A DNA stretch of 64,000 bases from a virus (lineage: Duplodnaviria; Caudoviricetes): the IMG/VR virus record IMGVR_UViG_3300031998_000074, positions 2,403 through 66,402 of that record. One strand, 5' to 3'. Below are positions 18,601-24,691 of the stretch, one piece after another (within the stretch, counting starts at the first letter, position 1; every line of letters starts with the position of its first letter). A program made the translations under genes and the position numbers. The notes under the pieces were generated by a model. It was not told the origin of the DNA. It saw only the letters and a list, made by a program, of their open reading frames with translations, and made no database searches.

Positions 18601-19056
18601 TGCTAGGCCATTAAGCTACAAGGGGCTTTGCGACCTAGCCCACGCATCATCAGACTTATGTCTTTTGAATTGTCCGACATAGCACACACCTGGTGATGCC
18701 CAGTATGGAGAGGGAGAAATAGTCCGAGTCATTAGACGGCGTCCGGCGCATACCGGAAACGACAGCATCCTGAGTTTGGTTTAATGGACCATGAAGCGTA
18801 ATCCGTATTTAAGGGTTATGCCTAAACCAGGAAGGGACGAGAGGGTTTTTGATTATTTTACCCTGACTTCCTTTAAACCCCACATATGCCTCCATACCCA
18901 AAGAGATTCCGGTCTCTCTTAATCGCAAGTACTGGAGTGAACCCGCACTGATTACGGGAGGGATACCGACACCACACGTCGGTCGTGGTTAAAGTTCACC
19001 TAGTTTCTTGAACACCTCAGATGATGCCTGGTCCGGTAGGAAACCCGGACAAATTT
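18601..19056 (+). ncRNA. candidate structured ncRNA, about 450 nt, family unknown
   Basis: no credible ORF; long-range helices 18644-51/19020-27, 18703-10/18890-97, 18931-42/18994-19004; promoter motif before and hairpin after. Confidence 0.7.
19031..19056 (+). terminator. GC-rich hairpin, possible terminator or processing site
   Basis: GTCCGG-TAGGAAAC-CCGGAC followed only by AAATTT, so the U-tract is weak. Confidence 0.4.
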
Positions 19057-19597
19057 GAATATGTACGAGTATATTGAAAGTATTGTAATTATATTTGAGA
19101 ACTGCGAGTCTTTAACAATAAAAGGTAAAGATGTTGCGTACTTAAATTTATGGTCAGAACACGGTAAGTTTAATCTTGATACATTAGAGGGTGTTGTTTT
19201 TGACAACTACTTTGTTAACTTAGATATTGACTTATCTGAACTACCAAAAGAACAAGCAGCGGACCTAGTGAAACGTAAAGATATAACGTATTTAAGGCTT
19301 AAGATTAAAGGCCTAGACAATATCCTTGACGATACACTTACATTTCAAGTAGCATATCCTTGTTATTTCGATAGCTGGTTACCTAATCCGTACCAGGATA
19401 ATGAAGTAACAATTAATGAAGAGTCCGGGCATAATATACTGAATATATACATTCATAAATATTGGTCTTTGTTATCAATTAGACAGTGGCTTACAGATCA
19501 AGTCAAATCGTTCTTTAGATACTTTCCGAGAAATGTCTTGTGGATGTTAGAGAGTGCGTGGCTTGGTATAAAAGACCACCTAAAGTGGAGACACTAA
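19055..19597 (+). CDS. hypothetical protein
   Basis: 180-aa ORF co-oriented with neighbours. Confidence 0.65.
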   Translation: MNMYEYIESIVIIFENCESLTIKGKDVAYLNLWSEHGKFNLDTLEGVVFDNYFVNLDIDLSELPKEQAADLVKRKDITYLRLKIKGLDNILDDTLTFQVAYPCYFDSWLPNPYQDNEVTINEESGHNILNIYIHKYWSLLSIRQWLTDQVKSFFRYFPRNVLWMLESAWLGIKDHLKWRH

Positions 19598-19881
19598 TGG
19601 CCACGTTTCTGAGATGCCCTCACTGTGGAAAAGTGCAGAGGGATCTGCAAGGTGAGCATCTCTCTAGAAACGACGCTGGTGACTTACTAGACTTAAATGG
19701 GCGTATTATTAACGAGTACCCGGATGAGAAATGGTTACCAATATGGTGTGAGCACTGTCATAAAATATCAAGAGGGTACTATTGGGAAGAATGTACCCGA
19801 GATGATTGGGGCTGGTGGGACCGAGCCCGGGCCTGGTGGCTTTGGCACTGGGATGCGTTGGTAGATAGATTTAGATTTTAA
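19597..19881 (+). CDS. zinc-finger hypothetical protein
   Basis: CPHC and CEHC; start moved to the ATG after GGAG. Confidence 0.55.
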   Translation: MATFLRCPHCGKVQRDLQGEHLSRNDAGDLLDLNGRIINEYPDEKWLPIWCEHCHKISRGYYWEECTRDDWGWWDRARAWWLWHWDALVDRFRF

Positions 19882-19959
19882 GGAGTAGTGGTGTAGCCTG
19901 GCTAACACGCTCGCCTGTCACGCGAGAGATCGAGGGTTCAAATCCCTTCTATTCCGCCA
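19882..19959 (+). tRNA. tRNA-Asp(GTC)
   Basis: cloverleaf GGAGTAG/CTATTCC, anticodon stem CTCGC/GCGAG with loop CTGTCAC, TTCAAAT T-loop, encoded CCA. Confidence 0.95.
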
Positions 19960-20840
19960 GATTTCCAGTAGGCCTATCTGGCCGAAGTTATGGAAAACTC
20001 CAATGGGTACAGAGTATAAATTGGCCCTGTTGAGTATAAGTAGATAAAGTTCCCGGCTACCACATAGCGGACAGTACTCAGTCTAGTAGAGGACCTCCGT
20101 CAAAATCAATATGTGCTCCGAATACTAGGATAGTAGCGGACTCAACAATCAGGTGGCTAATGGTTGCCTGACTTCCTTAGGGATATGAAGAAAAACTATC
20201 TCTTACTTGGTGCATAATAAACCATGTACCAAGTCGATTTGAAAATTTGTGGCTTAAATGAAATACACATCGGGGTACATACCGTTGTGAATGTGTCAGC
20301 TACAGTGTGCTACGGAAGATAGGGTCTCATGTTCGAGAAGGACGTCCTCTCCTATAAACCAACAAGCTAGCAAGAGTTGGGAGCACCTTGTTAAAATGCT
20401 GAACTGCGAAGAGCCCGTGAATTTCGGGATGCCCACATAGATTTGTGTGCTTCGATGAGTGAGTTGTAGCAGTTGTATGGCCGACTATGACTCGATGTAG
20501 TTCGGAGTGCCTGGCGAAAATGCATTGAGTTAACCTAACGACTAATGCCATACATAGGTGCATTGAAGTGATGTTAGCCGGGTGTAGGCACCGGCCGGTA
20601 CACGAAACAATCTACATCTGTTAGAGAAGAGTGGCGTAGGTAAAACTACCAGAGGCTTCTTTAACCACACATACTTTGGAAAAGGATATAACCTCCCAGG
20701 CTTAAATGTTGTTAACATGTCAATGACGGCATTGCCTAAACAGGGGTGGATAATGAGCAAAACGTCCACTATGGTTGGATAATTCCATAAGGTAAAATAT
20801 TATCAGAAACCAGCCGGAAGTGCTCGTCCGGCTGGTAAAG
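19960..20840 (+). ncRNA. candidate large ornate ncRNA, about 880 nt, tRNA-adjacent (GOLLD/ROOL-like placement)
   Basis: no credible ORF; more than 12 local hairpins plus long-range complementarities; closes with a 10-bp hairpin at 20809-20836. Confidence 0.7.
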
Positions 20841-20848
20841 AGTTAAGT

Positions 20849-21232
20849 ATGATTAAAGAGTTATTAAGACAATTGAAAGAACATATCGTGTGGTTTTGGG
20901 ATTACCCATTACAGACACCTCGTATTATACGTAGTTTCTGTATGTTTCTATGGAAAGGGTACTCGGAGGTTGATCTTTGGTCTGTTGATTATTATCTGTT
21001 GAAAAAGTTCAATGAGATTATAGTTGACTTTGCTAAAGATGCAGATAACATAGGTTACCCAGGAGATCTCACACATGAAACATGGCAAGAATTGTTAAAG
21101 AATGCAAAGGAATGGTCTGACAAGATCTTAGCAGACGAGTATAGTACAACTGAGGATCTAATAGAGCTTGAGAACATTAAGCAAAAATGGTTGTTCTTTA
21201 TGTACGATCGTTTCTTTGACTTATGGACCTAA
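20849..21232 (+). CDS. hypothetical protein
   Basis: 127-aa ORF co-oriented with neighbours. Confidence 0.65.
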   Translation: MIKELLRQLKEHIVWFWDYPLQTPRIIRSFCMFLWKGYSEVDLWSVDYYLLKKFNEIIVDFAKDADNIGYPGDLTHETWQELLKNAKEWSDKILADEYSTTEDLIELENIKQKWLFFMYDRFFDLWT

Positions 21233-21233
21233 T

Positions 21234-21332
21234 ATGATTTCTTTGCTATTACGTTTCATAGAAATAATATTTGGCAACGTCGTGGCAGACGTAATAGCAG
21301 ATAAAATAGTACAGCGGAGGAAAAATAAATGA
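21234..21332 (+). CDS. 32-aa peptide (not in the ORF track)
   Basis: MISLLLRFIEIIFGNVVADVIADKIVQRRKNK; its stop overlaps the next ATG. Confidence 0.45.
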   Translation: MISLLLRFIEIIFGNVVADVIADKIVQRRKNK

Positions 21333-21703
21333 GCAAGTCGTTCAAATTAGAAGATAAAGAAGGTAAGGCGTTTACATATTTTGAAGTAGGATATGTTAAA
21401 TCAGCCGGCCTTGATCAATACGAAACAATATTAAATATATTCACAATAAACACTTTAAGAGCCTATCAAGTATCAAAACAATTTGGTAACATGCAGGATC
21501 AGTTCATGGAAGAACTGCAGAAGTTGCATGACGATTTTTACGATTGGGTTGACACAGCACACGAAAAGGATCTTGTGAAATGGATCATGCCTGAAAATGA
21601 CTTCAAAGGACAACAAGAAGTTATACAGGTTGTGCATGATTATTTCCTACCTAAGCAACTCGCTTTTGCTAAAAAGTGGGGCCTGAGCGTAAACGAAGAC
21701 TAG
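21329..21703 (+). CDS. hypothetical protein (paralogue of 17035..17406)
   Basis: similar N- and C-termini. Confidence 0.65.
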   Translation: MSKSFKLEDKEGKAFTYFEVGYVKSAGLDQYETILNIFTINTLRAYQVSKQFGNMQDQFMEELQKLHDDFYDWVDTAHEKDLVKWIMPENDFKGQQEVIQVVHDYFLPKQLAFAKKWGLSVNED

Positions 21704-22287
21704 TAGTAAAAATTATTTCCCCGGCAGCATTGGGGCAGAAGAGGATTAAGATGGAAAAAATTATAATGACAACGTTGTACAAAGACGCGAGCGAATGTAA
21801 TTTCGATTCGTTTCTCGACGAGGCGCTGTTAAACTTTGAAAACAGGATTGTTAATTTATATAATTATGTTAACGAACCAGTTGAAAAGAACTTAACAAAA
21901 GAACATGCAGGTGCGCTTAAGTTCATAAAATCAAGCATGTATAAGACCGACTTTTATAAGGTCTTTATTGAAGCTGGGAATATTATTCCTACGTATGAAG
22001 GGCAATTTCCGCCATCACTAGGGTTCCCATCTTTTGTTTTTAGGATTAATACTAAAAATATTAATTTTGAAACTGATTTACATAATGTGGCGGATAAGTT
22101 CGCCTGGGGAATGCAAAAACGTTATATTGATCCAAGCTCTCCGTTCGAACACCCCGAAATGCCGTCACAATTAAAAGAAATACCTAACTGGCGTGATCTA
22201 TTTGGAAAGGGAGAATTTCCGAGGTTCACAGTTTACACATTCCGGTTGGGTAATACAGAGTATTTTGCCTACACAATAGGTAAATAA
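21676..22287 (+). CDS. hypothetical protein
   Basis: long ORF; true start probably at an internal ATG. Confidence 0.6.
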   Translation: MGPERKRRLVVKIISPAALGQKRIKMEKIIMTTLYKDASECNFDSFLDEALLNFENRIVNLYNYVNEPVEKNLTKEHAGALKFIKSSMYKTDFYKVFIEAGNIIPTYEGQFPPSLGFPSFVFRINTKNINFETDLHNVADKFAWGMQKRYIDPSSPFEHPEMPSQLKEIPNWRDLFGKGEFPRFTVYTFRLGNTEYFAYTIGK

Positions 22288-22292
22288 TCTTC

Positions 22293-22367
22293 GCCGAGGT
22301 AGCTCAATGGTAGAGCAACGGTTTTGTAAACCGTAGGTTGTGGGTTCAATCCCCATCCTCGGCTCCA
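22293..22367 (+). tRNA. tRNA-Thr(TGT)
   Basis: GCCGAGG/CCTCGGC acceptor stem, ACGGT-TTTGTAA-ACCGT anticodon arm, TTCAATC T-loop, encoded CCA. Confidence 0.95.
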
Positions 22368-22370
22368 GAT

Positions 22371-22407
22371 TTAACAGCTGGGTTTCTAATATTTCCCCAG
22401 CTGTTAA
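22371..22407. terminator. 12-bp inverted repeat after tRNA-Thr
   Basis: TTAACAGCTGGG...CCCAGCTGTTAA. Confidence 0.6.
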
Positions 22408-22439
22408 AAAGGTCATGTTGAGACCTTGGTATGAACATT

Positions 22440-22470
22440 GTTATATATATATATATATATCTTATATAAC
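22440..22470. repeat. (TA)n tract within a GTTATATA/TATATAAC inverted repeat
   Basis: about nine TA units in an intergenic region. Confidence 0.85.
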
Positions 22471-22524
22471 TTGACACATAGAGCCCGGACCCTCCTTCAA
22501 ATAAAAAGTCCGGGCCTTTTAAAC

Positions 22525-22542
22525 AAAAATATTGTATACTGT
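22525..22542 (+). promoter_or_regulatory. phage promoter-like motif AAAAATATTGTATACTGT
   Basis: exact repeated motif; preceded by a GCCCGGAC/GTCCGGGC hairpin at 22483-22515. Confidence 0.7.
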
Positions 22543-22890
22543 TATTGAAGGTGCACAACTTCCCTCTAAACGTTGTTTGCTCTCAAAAAAACACCCTCTA
22601 CCGGGGACCCCAAAATTATGCTTTTCACCCGGTAGACCAGCTCACTACACTGAGTGCCCGTTGGCTACAAAGCGGCGTTTATTTGTGGCAGTCTCCTAAA
22701 GGGAAAGAAACCATGGTTACTTTATCTTCCGTGTTTTCTGTTGTTTCCCTTTACCTCCTTGCGAAAGCTAAGAGTGCCAGGACCACTCACGAGACGAAAA
22801 AGTACTGCTCCGTCGGATACTAGCGTAAATTAGTATTAATTGGGCTTCCGGGCCAAACTACAAATCCTCCCGGCCTGGAAGCTCTTATTT
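22543..22890 (+). ncRNA. candidate structured RNA or long 5' leader, about 340 nt
   Basis: helices 22597-605/22628-36, GTCTC/GAGAC, GAGTG/CACTC, 22844-54/22872-82 followed by a U-rich run. Confidence 0.55.
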
Positions 22891-22905
22891 TGGAGGAAGA
22901 GGAAT

Positions 22906-23241
22906 ATGAAGATAACAAGAAAACAATTAATGAAAGTAATTGAGGACCCGAAAGTTATATGCTGGTCGGATATTTACAAGCCATTAAATGTATTACCATT
23001 AATGGCAGCGTATAATCAGACGCATAATCAAATGTACTCAATAAGTCAGATACTTATGGGAGACACCCTTATGAAAGATATTGAGAAGATCCTTAAAGAA
23101 CGTATAAAACATAGTAAGGATAAACGGGTCCGCTTTTCAAATGAGAAACATCGTATGTCTTTATTTTCAATGGACGCATTGAATTCGTGTCCAACTACGG
23201 CTAAGACCGATATCAATTATATGGAGCTCAAAGATCTATGA
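22906..23241 (+). CDS. hypothetical protein
   Basis: start moved to the ATG after GGAGGAAGAGG. Confidence 0.65.
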   Translation: MKITRKQLMKVIEDPKVICWSDIYKPLNVLPLMAAYNQTHNQMYSISQILMGDTLMKDIEKILKERIKHSKDKRVRFSNEKHRMSLFSMDALNSCPTTAKTDINYMELKDL

Positions 23242-23669
23242 AATACAGATGCAAACCTGTTGTAATTGAAGCCTTACAATGGAAAGGCACTTGGACGGAA
23301 GATTTCAATTTGTTCACGAAGAATAACATGAACAGGAAGTTTTTTCATCAAGAATATGGTGCCTTGTATATAGAAACGCTGCAAGGCTCCATGCTTGCTA
23401 ATATTGACGACTGGGTCATCAAAGATAAGACCGGTAATTTCAAGCCGTGCGCAAAGGAAATATTTGAACAGTTATATGAACCTATCCCTGGCGCGCCGGA
23501 TGCTTACGGAAACGACATCCCCGAAGACGAGAAACGATATGCAATAGTGGAAGTTGGTCCGAACAACGAAATACCGTTCACCAGTTATGTACAAGTAAAA
23601 AAGAATGGCGGTGTATCGAAAGAGAAACTTGCCGAAATATTACCCTACGTGGGAAAGGGGTTAAAATGA
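23238..23669 (+). CDS. conserved phage protein (KPVVIEALQW family)
   Basis: MKYRCKPVVIEALQW...IETLQG...DDWVIK...KPC...FEQLYE. Confidence 0.7.
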   Translation: MKYRCKPVVIEALQWKGTWTEDFNLFTKNNMNRKFFHQEYGALYIETLQGSMLANIDDWVIKDKTGNFKPCAKEIFEQLYEPIPGAPDAYGNDIPEDEKRYAIVEVGPNNEIPFTSYVQVKKNGGVSKEKLAEILPYVGKGLK

Positions 23670-24022
23670 ACAAATTTATTAAAAGATTTAAACAAGGATT
23701 GCATTATCTAAACCCGGCCAATCTTGACTCCGATGCATTATGTGACTTTATTACTTGTTTCGCCGCAGCACTTATCTGTTTAATTTTGTTAATTGCACTA
23801 GTTTACACTTTTACTAACTTGCAGTATCATGCCGGCCGGGAAGAAGCCCAGGCTGAGATCCAAAGGCAAGAACAAGCACGGCAGGTAGAACTTGAAGGCA
23901 ATGCAGAAGAAGATGCAGCCAGATATAACTTGTATTTGCAGCAACAACAGGCCGCGTTCAGACGTCAACAGTTGAGACGCAGAGCGGGTGCACACGCAGT
24001 TAGAATAGGGAGACATTTATGA
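23666..24022 (+). CDS. membrane-anchored protein
   Basis: one transmembrane helix followed by a Gln-rich coiled coil. Confidence 0.6.
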   Translation: MNKFIKRFKQGLHYLNPANLDSDALCDFITCFAAALICLILLIALVYTFTNLQYHAGREEAQAEIQRQEQARQVELEGNAEEDAARYNLYLQQQQAAFRRQQLRRRAGAHAVRIGRHL

Positions 24023-24684
24023 AATTTGATACAAAAATATTAAAAGTTTGTTTAGATATATACCGCCTGTTACTCCAGAAGAACCAGGCTTATGGAAATT
24101 CCGCGTCTGATCCGTTACGCATTTTTTCAAAGACAGATAAGCTAGAGCAAATCCGGGTCAGAATGGATGATAAACTTTCCAGAATTAAGAACCAAACAGC
24201 TGATGACAGCGAAGATGCATATCAGGACTTGCTCGGCTATTTAGTTATTTACCAGGCAGAGAAATATTACGGTCAGTTGCCTGATAGGTTAGATAATGTA
24301 TACGTTGTTAATTCAGATGTTTTATATACATTAGACAAAGACGGTAAACAGGTTTTTAATGATCACGGCATTGATTTAGCCCGGGCTTTAAGCTTAGATC
24401 CGTCTGCTAGCCTTGTTGTACTTACTAAATACCCTATGGGTGAAAAGACAACAGAGCTTATACAGTTCTTAAAGGGTAATGATATTTTCTATAAATTATT
24501 AGCATGCCGTAAACCTGACGATAAACGTCCGGACACAGAAGCATTACCAGAATTGTTTGAGAATTTACGATCAGTTGTAGCAAACCCAGCCTGTACCTAC
24601 ACAATAATTGAGGATCCGGCTAACACGGAACTTATGGAAATTTGGAAGAACTTAAAGTTGCCGGTGTGGAGCTTAAGCAAGTAG
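24019..24684 (+). CDS. DUF1599/Nmad1-like domain fused to a HAD-like domain
   Basis: KNQAYGNS, RMDDKLSRI, DLLGY; C-terminal RKPDDKRPD and IIED. Confidence 0.6.
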   Translation: MKFDTKILKVCLDIYRLLLQKNQAYGNSASDPLRIFSKTDKLEQIRVRMDDKLSRIKNQTADDSEDAYQDLLGYLVIYQAEKYYGQLPDRLDNVYVVNSDVLYTLDKDGKQVFNDHGIDLARALSLDPSASLVVLTKYPMGEKTTELIQFLKGNDIFYKLLACRKPDDKRPDTEALPELFENLRSVVANPACTYTIIEDPANTELMEIWKNLKLPVWSLSK

Positions 24685-24691
24685 GTGTGTT

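Noticed and set aside
18651-18726. CAGACTT ... ATAGTCC resembles the group I intron P7 pairing
   Set aside because: Pairing is imperfect at the G-binding helix, there is no room for P4-P6 upstream, and no flanking gene is interrupted.
18711-18730. GAGAAATAGTCCGAG resembles RNase P CR-I (GAGGAAAGUCC)
   Set aside because: The complementary P4 partner (CTCGGCTA-like) and the CR-V element are absent near the 3' helix.
19960-20040. HDV-like (theta) ribozyme after tRNA-Asp or tRNA-Thr
   Set aside because: I could not assemble the nested double pseudoknot or the L3 motif by eye.
20327-20769. minus-strand ORFs 20327..20563 and 20542..20769, and 19000..19206
   Set aside because: They are short, have no RBS or recognisable motif, and run antisense to the region's transcription, so they are probably chance ORFs.
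22471-22499. TTGACA as a sigma70 promoter
   Set aside because: There is no -10 hexamer at 16-18 nt spacing.
18601-22890. tmRNA or SRP RNA as the identity of the non-coding tracts
   Set aside because: I found no tRNA-Ala-like acceptor/T-arm ends, no tag reading frame and no SRP helix-8 motif.
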